Origin: Minisyncoccia bacterium
Lineage (GTDB): Bacteria > Patescibacteriota > Minisyncoccia > Phycocordibacterales > UBA9973
Assembly: GCA_049287045.1 (NCBI GenBank)
Contig: JBAQFC010000001.1
Coordinates: 67,309 to 131,308 of the forward strand
Direction: 5' to 3'
DNA length: 64,000 nucleotides
The translations under genes were made by a program, and so were the position numbers. The notes under the pieces were generated by a model. The model ran no database searches. It saw only the letters and a program-made list of their open reading frames with translations, and was not told where the DNA came from. How positions within the stretch are numbered: the first letter of the stretch is position 1; each line of letters opens with the position of its first letter. Shown here one piece after another: positions 9,226 to 18,913 of this stretch.

Positions 9226-9648
9226 ATGGGAAAAAAAGTTAAATCAGAACACTTTTTGTTATTCGTAGATTTTTCAAATTCATTTTCTTATTCTGCCGTT
9301 ATGTTAGAAAGAGGGCAGGAAATGTCAGAAAAATTAAGAAAATTAGAAGAATTTTATTCGTCACGTTTTGTGGATAACAAATTGTCATTTGTAGATTCCT
9401 TGGTTCGTCTTGAAGAAAAGATGAGGTTTAATAATCATCAACATCCAAAGGACTTCAATTCTAAGGTTTTTGAGAAAAAAGTTGAGGAGATTAATAATCT
9501 TATTGATAAATATAATAAGGTTGTAAAATCTTCTCTAACTCCAGAGAGATTAAAAAATCAAAAGAGTTTGTTGAATGATATCCGTATATTGTCTTGCGGT
9601 ACCGAAGTGATAAAAAAAGAAAATTATCCTTTTCCAATATTTGTTTAA
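9226..9648 (+). CDS. Hypothetical protein
   Basis: 140 aa ORF followed by a terminator hairpin. Confidence 0.45.
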   Translation: MGKKVKSEHFLLFVDFSNSFSYSAVMLERGQEMSEKLRKLEEFYSSRFVDNKLSFVDSLVRLEEKMRFNNHQHPKDFNSKVFEKKVEEINNLIDKYNKVVKSSLTPERLKNQKSLLNDIRILSCGTEVIKKENYPFPIFV

Positions 9649-9669
9649 AATGATTAAATAAAAAATAAA

Positions 9670-9706
9670 AAGACCTGAACTCTATGAGCTCAGGTCTTTT
9701 CTTTTT
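9670..9706. terminator. Bidirectional rho-independent terminator
   Basis: Hairpin AGACCTGA..TCAGGTCT followed by TTTTCTTTTT, between convergent genes. Confidence 0.65.
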
Positions 9707-9731
9707 GTCTTTAATGACAAAAAGCTTTTTG

Positions 9732-10322
9732 TTAAACCCCTAAATATGGAGCAAAAATTTCTTCTCTTTTCCAGATAACTTTCTTTTTTATGTTTCTATC
9801 TCTTCCAATCTCTTCGGTTATTGGATTCGGTCTGGGGTTTCTTAAAAGAATATTAAAATTACCGTTAGTAAATTCAAAAAGATAGTAGTAGGAAATATAG
9901 GTTTCTTTTCTAGGTTTCACCGTCTTGACCGGATAAAGTTTTTGATTAAATCTTCCTTCTTTGTTGTGACCTAATGTTCCAGTTTTGTATCCATTTGTTA
10001 AAAGATTATTTACTACTCTGGTCACAGATGGTTTGAAATCAAAGAAAGCCAATTCTATTAAACTAGGTTCAACTAGTCCCGTTTCTTCTAGAATTTCTTT
10101 CATTATTTCTATCTTTTCATCTTCCGGTTTATTACCTGTGAATCTGGCAACATGAAAATCAACTTGCTCGGTTTTTTTTGTTCGAAATTTTTCCTCATTT
10201 TCTTTTCGAATTTCTTCTCCTTCATCTTTTACGAATTGTACTGTTTTGCACATTTCATCAAATGTTCTGTAATCTAACTTTTGCGTAATTTTTCCGCTGA
10301 TACTAAAAATTCCTCTGTTCAT
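9732..10322 (-). CDS. Hypothetical protein
   Basis: 196 aa ORF with no recognisable domain. Confidence 0.45.
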   Translation of the reverse strand: MNRGIFSISGKITQKLDYRTFDEMCKTVQFVKDEGEEIRKENEEKFRTKKTEQVDFHVARFTGNKPEDEKIEIMKEILEETGLVEPSLIELAFFDFKPSVTRVVNNLLTNGYKTGTLGHNKEGRFNQKLYPVKTVKPRKETYISYYYLFEFTNGNFNILLRNPRPNPITEEIGRDRNIKKKVIWKREEIFAPYLGV

Positions 10323-10469
10323 TCTTTTAGTTTTTAAGGGTTAATATTATTTTGTAAATGTACTAATTTAGCTGAGTAGACAGGATATCAAGATTAAATT
10401 ATCTTGTCAATAAAAATTTAATTACAGCTTAGTTTCCTTTATAGAATGTTATAATAAGATTATAAAAAT

Positions 10470-10694
10470 ATGTATATCAAAATAATAGTCATTAGTGGAG
10501 CCAAAAAGGAAAAAATCATTGAAAAATCAAAAGATCATTTTGATGTTTCGGTAAAAGAAAAAGCGGAAAAGAACATGGCCAACAAAAGAGCTATTGAACT
10601 TTTATCCTTACATTTTAAGGTGCCGACAGCAAAGGTTCGCATTGTAAATGGGCATCATCACCCTCACAAGCTTTTGGTAATAGATGTAGAATAA
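10470..10694 (+). CDS. DUF167 (YggU-like) family protein
   Basis: 74 aa; ...GAKKEKI....V.V.EKAEKNMANKRAIELLS..FKVPTAKVRIV.G matches the DUF167 pattern. Confidence 0.6.
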   Translation: MYIKIIVISGAKKEKIIEKSKDHFDVSVKEKAEKNMANKRAIELLSLHFKVPTAKVRIVNGHHHPHKLLVIDVE

Positions 10695-10709
10695 TGATAT
10701 AATAGCGGT

Positions 10710-11720
10710 ATGAAAATCACTTTTTTTGAGGTTTCTAAAGAGGAGCAAGATGTTCTAACCGCGTCTTTTTCTGGTTTAGATTTTAATATTTCTTTTTTTG
10801 AAGAAAAAATTAACGAAGAAAATGCACATTTAGCCCAAGATGCCGAAGTAGTTTCTGTTTTCGTTAATTCTGAGGTTAATAAAGAGATTATTGATCAACT
10901 TTCTAATCTTAAATTTATAGCGACACGTTCGACTGGTTTTGATCATATTGATGTTGGTTATTGTAATTCTAAAGGAATCCAAGTTTCAAACGTTCCTTCT
11001 TATGGGTCACGCACTGTTGCGGAGTTTGCTTTTAGTTTATTACTTTCAATTTCAAGAAAAGCCAGTATTGCCGGAAGACAGGTTTGTGATAAGAATGATT
11101 TTTCGCAAAATGGTTTCGAAGGTTTTGATCTTTTTGGTAAAACAATCGGTATTATAGGAACTGGTAAAATAGGTAAGAATGCTGCACGAATCGCCAAGGG
11201 TTTCGGTATGAGAGTATTAGCAACAGATCTTTACCCTGATAGTGTTTTTGGAGAAGAGGAAGGTGTTGAATATATACCTCTTCCAGAGCTTCTTTCTGCG
11301 TCAGATATTGTGACCATTCATGCCCCATACAATGAGACTACATTTCATTTGATAAATAAAGAAAATATTAAACAGTTTAAAAAAGGTGCATATTTGATTA
11401 ACACTGCACGCGGTGAAATCATTGAGACAGAAGCTCTATTGATGGGACTAAAAGAAGGTGTTCTTGCAGGTGCAGGTCTTGATGTTCTAGAGTCAGAAAG
11501 GAAATTAAAAGATGAAGTTAAGTTTCTTGCAAGTGGAAAAGCAACCGAAGAAGATAAAAAAATCCTTAGTTTAAATCATGAACTAATAAAAATGTCGAAT
11601 GTTATCATCACCCCACACATCGCTTTTTATACCAAGGAAGCTGTAGCTGATATCTTAAAAACAGCAGCTCAAAATATAAAAGACTTTGTTGACGGTAATC
11701 CAAACAATTTAGTTAAATAA
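10710..11720 (+). CDS. D-isomer-specific 2-hydroxyacid dehydrogenase (glycerate/hydroxypyruvate reductase or D-lactate dehydrogenase type)
   Basis: NAD-binding GKTIGIIGTGKIGKNAARIAKGFGMRVLATD and a catalytic His region TPHIAFYT. Confidence 0.85.
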   Translation: MKITFFEVSKEEQDVLTASFSGLDFNISFFEEKINEENAHLAQDAEVVSVFVNSEVNKEIIDQLSNLKFIATRSTGFDHIDVGYCNSKGIQVSNVPSYGSRTVAEFAFSLLLSISRKASIAGRQVCDKNDFSQNGFEGFDLFGKTIGIIGTGKIGKNAARIAKGFGMRVLATDLYPDSVFGEEEGVEYIPLPELLSASDIVTIHAPYNETTFHLINKENIKQFKKGAYLINTARGEIIETEALLMGLKEGVLAGAGLDVLESERKLKDEVKFLASGKATEEDKKILSLNHELIKMSNVIITPHIAFYTKEAVADILKTAAQNIKDFVDGNPNNLVK

Positions 11721-11721
11721 T

Positions 11722-13020
11722 ATGATAAAAAAGTGGATAAAAAATTCAGATGAATTACTTACCTCAAAAGGTGCTGATGGGGCAATCATAGAAAATCGTA
11801 AATTAGCCTTAGAGATAGCAGAAGCTGGGCTTGAATCAATAAATACTGAAAAAGTAATAATTAATTCTATTAAGTTAGAGAATAATATTTTATCTATTTT
11901 AGATCAGGATTTTGATTTAACTAAATTTAAGAGGATCAAGGTTGTTGGTTTTGGTAAGGCATCTTGTGAGGCGGCCTCTGCCTTTGAAAAAATATTAGGC
12001 TCAAAAATTAATGAAGGTGCAGTTATTGGATTAAATAAAATAACTTGTGATTATATTCAAACTTTTGCCGGAACACACCCTCGTCCTTCCGAAGTAAACA
12101 TTGAGGCTGGAAAGAAAATATACGAAATAGCTGATGGGTCAAAAGAAGATGATCTCTTGATTGCTATTGTTTCTGGTGGTGGATCAGCACTTCTTTGTTA
12201 TCCTGAGAGTGAGTGTACTCAAGGAAGAGAACTGTATGATGTTTTTTTGAAATGTGGACAAACAATTACAGAAATAAATACAATTAGAAAACATCTGTCT
12301 TTTTTGAAAGGTGGCGGTCTTGCTAAAATGGCTTATCCAGCGACAGTTATCGGCCTTATTTTTTCTGATGTCCCCGGAGACCGTTTTGAAGATGTAGCAT
12401 CAGGTCCGACTTACAAAGATGAGAGTACTATTCACCAGGCAGAGATGATTATTCATGAGCATAATTTGGGAAAATTTATTTTGTTTGAAACACCCAAGGA
12501 TGATAAATATTTTACGAAGGTCCATAATTTTGTTCTTGTTTCAAATAAGACAGCAGTAGAAGCGATGGCAGAAAAAGCAAAAGAGCTTGGTTTCGAGGCC
12601 AATATAATTTCTACAGAAATGTATGAGGAGGTGGATGAGTCTCTTAAAAAACTTTTTGCTGCAGAGAAAAACAATACAGTTGTGTTGGCTGCAGGTGAAC
12701 CAAAACTTGAAGTAAAGACAAAGGGTGGTAGTGGAGGACGAAGTCTTTTTATGGGGCTTCGAGCAGTTAAAGAAAAAATGACCAACACGGGTTCTGTTTT
12801 GATTCCACTTGCGTCAGATGGTATGGATAATTGTGATGCAGCTGGTGCAGTAATAGATAAAAGCACAATAGAAAAAATAGAAAAATTGGGATTAGATCTT
12901 GATGATTATCAATCTCGTTTTGATGCTTATCCGATTTTCCAAAAATCCGGTGATATGATTATGACCGGTGCTACTGGAGCAAATGTTTCAGATTTAATGA
13001 TTCTTTTAACAAAAAAATAA
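11722..13020 (+). CDS. Glycerate 2-kinase (MOFRL family)
   Basis: 432 aa with DUF4147/MOFRL-like motifs (LAAGEPKLEVKTKGGSGGRSLFMGLRAV). It sits 2 nt after the dehydrogenase gene. Confidence 0.75.
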   Translation: MIKKWIKNSDELLTSKGADGAIIENRKLALEIAEAGLESINTEKVIINSIKLENNILSILDQDFDLTKFKRIKVVGFGKASCEAASAFEKILGSKINEGAVIGLNKITCDYIQTFAGTHPRPSEVNIEAGKKIYEIADGSKEDDLLIAIVSGGGSALLCYPESECTQGRELYDVFLKCGQTITEINTIRKHLSFLKGGGLAKMAYPATVIGLIFSDVPGDRFEDVASGPTYKDESTIHQAEMIIHEHNLGKFILFETPKDDKYFTKVHNFVLVSNKTAVEAMAEKAKELGFEANIISTEMYEEVDESLKKLFAAEKNNTVVLAAGEPKLEVKTKGGSGGRSLFMGLRAVKEKMTNTGSVLIPLASDGMDNCDAAGAVIDKSTIEKIEKLGLDLDDYQSRFDAYPIFQKSGDMIMTGATGANVSDLMILLTKK

Positions 13021-13021
13021 A

Positions 13022-15094
13022 ATGGATAAAAAAATTACAAAAATAGAGGCAGAAGAAATAAAAGACTCACGAGGAACACCGACAATTAAAGTCACAGTTT
13101 GGGTGGGAGATAATTTCGCCAGTTTTTCTGTTCCGTCTGGAGCAAGTACCGGTGTTCATGAAGCACATGAACTTCGTGATGAAGATGGCAAAGGGGTAAA
13201 AAATGCTATTGGGAAGATAAATACTATTATTTCCGAGGCTTTAATTGGTAAAGATGTTCAAAATCAAAATGAAATAGATAGAATAATGATTAAGTTGGAC
13301 GGAACACCTAATAAAGACAACCTAGGTAGTAACTCCATGATTGGTGTCAGTATTGCGTGTGCTAAAGCTGCAGCAAAAGTTTTAGACATGGAAGTTTTTG
13401 AATACCTTAGGGCTCTTCCACTGGGCGCAGGGGAAGCGGTTAAAGAAATAAAGCCATCTAGAGCTGTGCCTTACTTGTACATGAATTTAATCAACGGTGG
13501 TAAACATGCAAAAAATGACTTAGCTTTTCAAGAATATCATATTGTGCCTGATACAAAAGACATAACAGAATCAGTTGAAATTGGTATTAAAATACAAAAT
13601 ACACTAAAAGAAATCATCGGTGGCGAATTGGGTCTTGAGTCTCTTTCATTGGGAGATGAAGGAGGTCTTGCTCCTAAAGTAAGTGATATCAGAAAACCTC
13701 TCGAATATTTGACTGAAGCATTAAAGAGAAATAATCTTTCGAACAAAGTTAGATTCGCGTTAGATGTTGCAGCTTCTTCTTTTTATATCGATGGTATGTA
13801 TAAGATTGGTGATAAAAAAGTTTCCAAAGATGAGCTTATGGAAATTTATAAAAAATTCATTCTCGAGTTCAACCTACTTTCTATTGAAGATCCTTTTGAT
13901 GAAGAAGATTTTGAAAGTTTCAGAAAACTAAAAGAAGAAAATAATAATTTATTGGTTGTTGGTGATGATTTGACTGTGACCAATAAAGTTCTTCTAAAAG
14001 AAGCTTTAGAAAAGGGAAGTGTTAATACAATAATCATAAAGCCGAACCAAATAGGTACTTTATCTGAAACACTAGAAACAATGCAATTAGCACGCGAAAA
14101 TAATATTAATATTATTGTCAGTCACCGTAGTGGAGAAACAGGTGATGATTTTATTGCTGACTTAGCTTACGCGTATGGTTGTTTTGGTCTTAAATCTGGT
14201 TCCCCAGTAAACCCGGAAAGAATGGTGAAGTATCAGAGATTAATAAAGATAACTCAAAAATATTTTTTAATGAAAGGGTCAAAGGCTCAAATAGTCGCGA
14301 CGATAGGACCTGCTTCTGGTGATAAAGAAATGATAAGAGACATGGTTAAACACCAGGCTGATGTCTTTCGTTTAAATTTCTCATGGGGTACATACGAAGA
14401 ACATGCTGTATATATAAAAAATATCCGTGAAGTATCAGAAGATTTAGCAAAAAGAATTCCAATAATTCAAGATTTGTCTGGTCCGAGAGTTCAAGAAAAG
14501 TCTGGTCATGAATTCAATAAAGAATCTGTGACACTTCTTTCACAAAAAGATATAGCTGATTTAATTTTTGGTATTGGACAAGGAGTTGACTATGTTGCTA
14601 TGTCTTATGTTGGAAGTGCAAAAGATGTTTTGGAGTTACGAGAAAAAATAAAAGAACTTACCCCTGTCCGTCCAGGTGGAGTTGTAAAAGTTACTCCAAT
14701 TATTGCTAAAATTGAACGTAAAGTTGCATTAGATAATATTGATGAAATTATAGAAGTTGCGGATGCGATAATGATAGCTAGAGGGGATATGGGTAATGAG
14801 GTTCCTCTTGAAAAGATCCCTTTTATAGAAAAGGAAATTATCGAGAAAGCTAAAAAAGCCGGTAAACCAGTAATCGTTGCTACTCAAATGATGCTTTCTA
14901 TGACTGAAAATAAGCTTCCAACACGCGCCGAAGTGACCGATGTAGCATATGCAATAATTTCTGGTGCTGATGCCGTCATGCTCTCAGAGGAAAGTGCGTC
15001 TGGAAAGCATCCTTTAGAAGCTGTTGAAATGATGGAAAAAGGAGTTTTTGAGGCTGAAAAACATATCAAAAATTTAGTGATTAATGCATTATAG
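13022..15094 (+). CDS. eno: Fused enolase (about 410 aa) plus a minimal pyruvate kinase catalytic barrel (about 275 aa)
   Basis: Enolase is supported by SHRSGETGDDFIADLAYAYG. Pyruvate kinase is supported by IVATIGPAS...FRLNFSWG...IARGDMGNEVP...TQMMLSM...PTRAEVTDVAYA...MLSEESASGKHP. The result is a single uninterrupted 690 aa ORF. Confidence 0.85.
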   Translation: MDKKITKIEAEEIKDSRGTPTIKVTVWVGDNFASFSVPSGASTGVHEAHELRDEDGKGVKNAIGKINTIISEALIGKDVQNQNEIDRIMIKLDGTPNKDNLGSNSMIGVSIACAKAAAKVLDMEVFEYLRALPLGAGEAVKEIKPSRAVPYLYMNLINGGKHAKNDLAFQEYHIVPDTKDITESVEIGIKIQNTLKEIIGGELGLESLSLGDEGGLAPKVSDIRKPLEYLTEALKRNNLSNKVRFALDVAASSFYIDGMYKIGDKKVSKDELMEIYKKFILEFNLLSIEDPFDEEDFESFRKLKEENNNLLVVGDDLTVTNKVLLKEALEKGSVNTIIIKPNQIGTLSETLETMQLARENNINIIVSHRSGETGDDFIADLAYAYGCFGLKSGSPVNPERMVKYQRLIKITQKYFLMKGSKAQIVATIGPASGDKEMIRDMVKHQADVFRLNFSWGTYEEHAVYIKNIREVSEDLAKRIPIIQDLSGPRVQEKSGHEFNKESVTLLSQKDIADLIFGIGQGVDYVAMSYVGSAKDVLELREKIKELTPVRPGGVVKVTPIIAKIERKVALDNIDEIIEVADAIMIARGDMGNEVPLEKIPFIEKEIIEKAKKAGKPVIVATQMMLSMTENKLPTRAEVTDVAYAIISGADAVMLSEESASGKHPLEAVEMMEKGVFEAEKHIKNLVINAL

Positions 15095-15131
15095 AAGTTT
15101 TTTTATTAAAAAAATATGATACAATAAATAT

Positions 15132-15518
15132 ATGAAAATAAATCTTCAAGCAAAGAATATGGAGTTAACACCAGCAATACATGATTATGTATTGGAAAGA
15201 GTCACCAATTTAGGAAAATTACTTTCTAAAATGGAAGAAAAAGGTGGGGAAGTTTTAGTAGTTTTTGATGTTGCTAAAACAACCAATCATCACAAGGCAG
15301 GAGAAATCTTTCGTGCCGACTGTACTATCACTGTGGATGGAAATAAATTTTATTCAAGTTCTGATAAGTCAGATCTTTACGCTGCAGTAGATGATGTAAA
15401 GGAAAATATTTTCCATGAAATAACTCGTGCTAAAGCAAAGAAACAACATCTATTCCGTCGTGGTGCACAAAAGGTAAAGGACCTAATGAAAGGCTTTACT
15501 TCTTTTGGGAAGAAATAA
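15132..15518 (+). CDS. hpf: Ribosome hibernation promoting factor (short HPF/RaiA)
   Basis: 128 aa; MKINLQAKNMELTPAIHDYVLERV.. is typical of the sigma54-modulation/YfiA family. Confidence 0.8.
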   Translation: MKINLQAKNMELTPAIHDYVLERVTNLGKLLSKMEEKGGEVLVVFDVAKTTNHHKAGEIFRADCTITVDGNKFYSSSDKSDLYAAVDDVKENIFHEITRAKAKKQHLFRRGAQKVKDLMKGFTSFGKK

Positions 15519-16341
15519 AAACAGAATATTCCATTTCTTTTTTTCCTTCAGGCAACACTCTTTTTATTACAAAAAGGGTGTTTTCTATTGTGGCATCAGT
15601 GATGATAATTCTTTTACCTCCATTGATAAAAAAAGTTCTTGGCCAAACATAATAAGCTTTAAACTTATTAAAGTTTTTAATAGGGTCATCAGACAAGTTT
15701 ATCAATCCATCTTCTTTCTTTATTTTTTTAGTATAAGTTGCTTTTGTCTCATCCTGTGGAGTAGATTTTATTTTTTCATCTATAATATTTGGTAAAATTT
15801 TAACAAGAAGCTCTCCGCCTGTTTTTATTAAACGTTCTCGTAGTTCAAAAGCTTTTTCGAGGCTGTGTATTGGTACTTTTTCTTCGGTAATGATTGGTCC
15901 GGCATCCATTTTATATTCCATTTTTTGAATACTAATACCAGTCTGTTCATCTCCGTTTAGAATTGCTGATTCCACGGGTGAGGCTCCTCGATACTTTGGA
16001 AGTAGAGAATAATGAATATTTATGGAGCCTAATCTAGGTGCATTTATTATCTCTTCAGGCATTATTTTTCCATAAGCGACAACAATACTAATGTCAGATT
16101 TTTGTAGTAAAGGAAGATCACTTTTTAGTTCATCTAATTTTTCTGGTTGTAGATATGGAATGTTGTTTGCTATTGCCCATGTCTTTGTGGGTGGAGGAGT
16201 TATAATCATTTTACGTCCTTGTGGTTTGTCAGGGGAAGTAATAATGAGGGATGGCAAAAAACCATTTTGTTTTAAAATCTCTAAAGTATCTCTAGCCACA
16301 TCTGGTGTGCCCCAAAAAATAAAGTTTATTTTTTTACTCAT
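15496..16341 (-). CDS. fmt: Methionyl-tRNA formyltransferase. The start is set at the internal Met that overlaps the def stop; the ORF extends to 16476.
   Basis: MSKKINFIFWGTPDVA... formyltransferase N-domain. The gene overlaps the def stop by 8 nt. Confidence 0.85.
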   Translation of the reverse strand: MSKKINFIFWGTPDVARDTLEILKQNGFLPSLIITSPDKPQGRKMIITPPPTKTWAIANNIPYLQPEKLDELKSDLPLLQKSDISIVVAYGKIMPEEIINAPRLGSINIHYSLLPKYRGASPVESAILNGDEQTGISIQKMEYKMDAGPIITEEKVPIHSLEKAFELRERLIKTGGELLVKILPNIIDEKIKSTPQDETKATYTKKIKKEDGLINLSDDPIKNFNKFKAYYVWPRTFFINGGKRIIITDATIENTLFVIKRVLPEGKKEMEYSVFISSQKK

Positions 16342-16876
16342 AGGTTGGTTTTTCTTCCTTGATATCTTTAGCATGGTCGATAAAAAGAGTGCCATCGAGA
16401 TGGTCTGTTTCATGTTGAAAGATCTGGGCCAAAAGACCAGATGCCCCTCTGGTAAATTTTTTACCATTTTCATCATAAGCAGTTACTGTCGCTTTTTTTG
16501 ATCGAAAAGTTTTTCCATAAAGCCAACGTACAGAGAGACATCCTTCTGGTACCCAGTCTTTTTCTTGAGATAGTTTAGATATTTTTGGGTTTATAAAAAC
16601 AAGGTCTGGTGTCTTACCTGTTTTTTCTTTTTGAAACTCAGGTGAATCTTCACCTCCTATGAATTCCTGATCAAAAATCTTACCGGATACGACGAATATA
16701 CGCAAAGAATATCCAATCTGTGGAGCTGCTATTGCTACTCCATCACTCTGGCTTTTTAGAGAGTCAGACATTTCCTTTAATATCTTTTTTATTTTAGGAC
16801 TTCCTATTTGGTCAAGAGAGACTTCTTCTGCTTTTTGACGCAAAACTTTATCTTCTTTTTGTACTATATTCTTCAT
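16334..16876 (-). CDS. def: Peptide deformylase
   Basis: Motifs GCLS and QHETDHLDG. Confidence 0.9.
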   Translation of the reverse strand: MKNIVQKEDKVLRQKAEEVSLDQIGSPKIKKILKEMSDSLKSQSDGVAIAAPQIGYSLRIFVVSGKIFDQEFIGGEDSPEFQKEKTGKTPDLVFINPKISKLSQEKDWVPEGCLSVRWLYGKTFRSKKATVTAYDENGKKFTRGASGLLAQIFQHETDHLDGTLFIDHAKDIKEEKPTYE

Positions 16877-16888
16877 ATTGTTTAGTTT

Positions 16889-18214
16889 TTATTTGGTATC
16901 TTTCAAGTATTCTATAAGTTTGTCTAGTTTCACAGTGTCTTGAGATCTGTTTGACATATCACGCACAATAACCGAGTTCTCTAGAGCTTCTTTTTGTCCA
17001 AAGATAAGTGCATATGGAATCTGTAATTTTTCGGCAATAGCTAATTGAGCACCAATACTATCTTTTGATAAAGATTGTGCTATTGGAACATGTGCTTTGC
17101 GTAGTATTTCGATAATATTTAGACTCTTTAATTTTGCTTCAGATCCAAGTTGGATAAAGTAAAGCTTTGGTTTTTTTATAATACGAGGTGAAAGTTTTTT
17201 GTACCAAGTTGACCCAACAATTCTATCAACACCCATAGAAAATCCTACAGCAGGTACGTCTTTTTTACCTCCGATTTGGCGTGCCAAGTAATCGTATCTT
17301 CCTCCAGAAGCAATCGTAAGAGGTGAGCCATCTTCTGCTGCACCTTGTTCTATTACTTCAAAAACAGTACGAGTGTAGTATGAAAGTCCACGAACTAAAT
17401 TTTTGTTGATGTTATATTGAATACCCATTGCTTCTAAGTATTCCAAGACCTCTTTGAAGTGTTTCTTACAAGAAGGGCATAGGAAAGAAACTGCATCAGG
17501 AGCACTGATGTTTATTTCTTTTGTTTTTTCTTCTTTAGAATCCAAGATACGAAGTGGGTTTGTTTTTAGACGGTCACGGTCGATACTAGGAAGTTGGTTT
17601 AAATGTTTTCGGTAATAAGCTGTAAGTTCCTTTATGTATCCACCTCGACACTCTTTGTCCCCAATTGAGTTTATTTCAATAGTAAGATTTTCTGCACCTG
17701 CTTCTTCTAAAATACTCATTCCTGTTTTGATTACCAAAGCATCCATGATACTTTTATCACTTCCAAGAGAATCTAAATCAAACTGTGAAAACTGACGGTA
17801 ACGTCCACGCTGAGGTTTATCATGTCTAAATACTGGTCCGTATTTATAAAACATAACAGGTTGAGGCATTGTTTGCATTCCATGTTCAATATAAGCACGC
17901 ATCAATGCTGCTGTGTGTTCTGGGCGAAGAGCTAGGTGGTCTCCACCTTTTGTTTTTAGAGTGTACATTTCTTTGTCGATAATATCTGTACCTTCACCAA
18001 TACTAGAGGTGAACACTTCTTCGTGTTCTAGAATCGGAGTTTCAATTGGTTTGAAACCATAATAAACCGCGACTTCTTGTGCTTTCTCAAAAAAACCTTG
18101 GAAAGCATAATACTCATCATTCATAATATCTCTCATTCCTTTTGGAGAGGAGAGATCTTTTTTTGTTGATTTTTTTGCTGTATCTGCGGTTGTAGTTGTT
18201 TTAATTTTGTTCAT
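16889..18214 (-). CDS. hisS: Histidyl-tRNA synthetase
   Basis: 441 aa class II aaRS with the HisRS N-terminal motifs (KGMRD...) and an anticodon-binding domain. Confidence 0.9.
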   Translation of the reverse strand: MNKIKTTTTADTAKKSTKKDLSSPKGMRDIMNDEYYAFQGFFEKAQEVAVYYGFKPIETPILEHEEVFTSSIGEGTDIIDKEMYTLKTKGGDHLALRPEHTAALMRAYIEHGMQTMPQPVMFYKYGPVFRHDKPQRGRYRQFSQFDLDSLGSDKSIMDALVIKTGMSILEEAGAENLTIEINSIGDKECRGGYIKELTAYYRKHLNQLPSIDRDRLKTNPLRILDSKEEKTKEINISAPDAVSFLCPSCKKHFKEVLEYLEAMGIQYNINKNLVRGLSYYTRTVFEVIEQGAAEDGSPLTIASGGRYDYLARQIGGKKDVPAVGFSMGVDRIVGSTWYKKLSPRIIKKPKLYFIQLGSEAKLKSLNIIEILRKAHVPIAQSLSKDSIGAQLAIAEKLQIPYALIFGQKEALENSVIVRDMSNRSQDTVKLDKLIEYLKDTK

Positions 18215-18228
18215 ATCTTTTTAAAAAA

Positions 18229-18837
18229 TTATTCAGCTTGTTGATAATTACCTGGAAAAATATTTATTTTATTTACTGGTAGTAATCTTATTAATGCTCT
18301 ACCTACCATAAGATCTTTTGGTACTGCACCCCAATATCTGGAGTCAGAACTTTGGGATCTATTGTCTCCCATTACAAAATATTCATCATCTTTTAATTCA
18401 AAATGTAAAACATCACTGGACTCATTTTTAACAAAGGGTTGACCAAGGACGAATCCATCTGGGTGCTCTTTGTTTGTTATGGTAACTGCACTTCCTTTTA
18501 TATCGACTATTTCACCAGGAAGACCGATTATTCTCTTTATAAAAAATTTAGTGGTGTCTTTAGGATAATGGAAAACGACAACATCATCACGTTTTATATT
18601 ACCCAAACGATATGAGATCTCGTCTATTACAAGATACTGTCCGTCTTGGAAGGTAGGAACCATTGAAGATCCTGAAACGATAAATGGTTGAGCTATGAAA
18701 ACTCTGATAGGGATGACGATGATTACAGCTATAATTGCAAAGCGCACAAATTCCCAAATTGATTGCCATAAACTTTCTTTTTTTTCAGGAATAGGTGTTT
18801 TAACAATTTCTTCTTTTTGCTCTTTTTCATTTTCCAT
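18229..18837 (-). CDS. lepB: Signal peptidase I
   Basis: Box B GSSMVPTF and box E GDNRSQSSDSRYWG, with an N-terminal TM anchor. Confidence 0.85.
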   Translation of the reverse strand: MENEKEQKEEIVKTPIPEKKESLWQSIWEFVRFAIIAVIIVIPIRVFIAQPFIVSGSSMVPTFQDGQYLVIDEISYRLGNIKRDDVVVFHYPKDTTKFFIKRIIGLPGEIVDIKGSAVTITNKEHPDGFVLGQPFVKNESSDVLHFELKDDEYFVMGDNRSQSSDSRYWGAVPKDLMVGRALIRLLPVNKINIFPGNYQQAE

Positions 18838-18913
18838 GGTTCTATTCTATCATACAAATTACTTGACACAACTGTAAAATTTGTTTCTTAATATATTAAA
18901 TATATAAATTAAT

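Noticed and set aside
13022-15094. Treating enolase and pyruvate kinase as two genes separated by a missed stop
   Set aside because: The ORF is continuous in one frame with no stop for 690 codons. The junction (..YQRLIKITQKYFLMKGSKAQIVATIGPAS) has an internal Met but no SD or stop, so the fusion call is retained, with a recommendation to verify by coverage.
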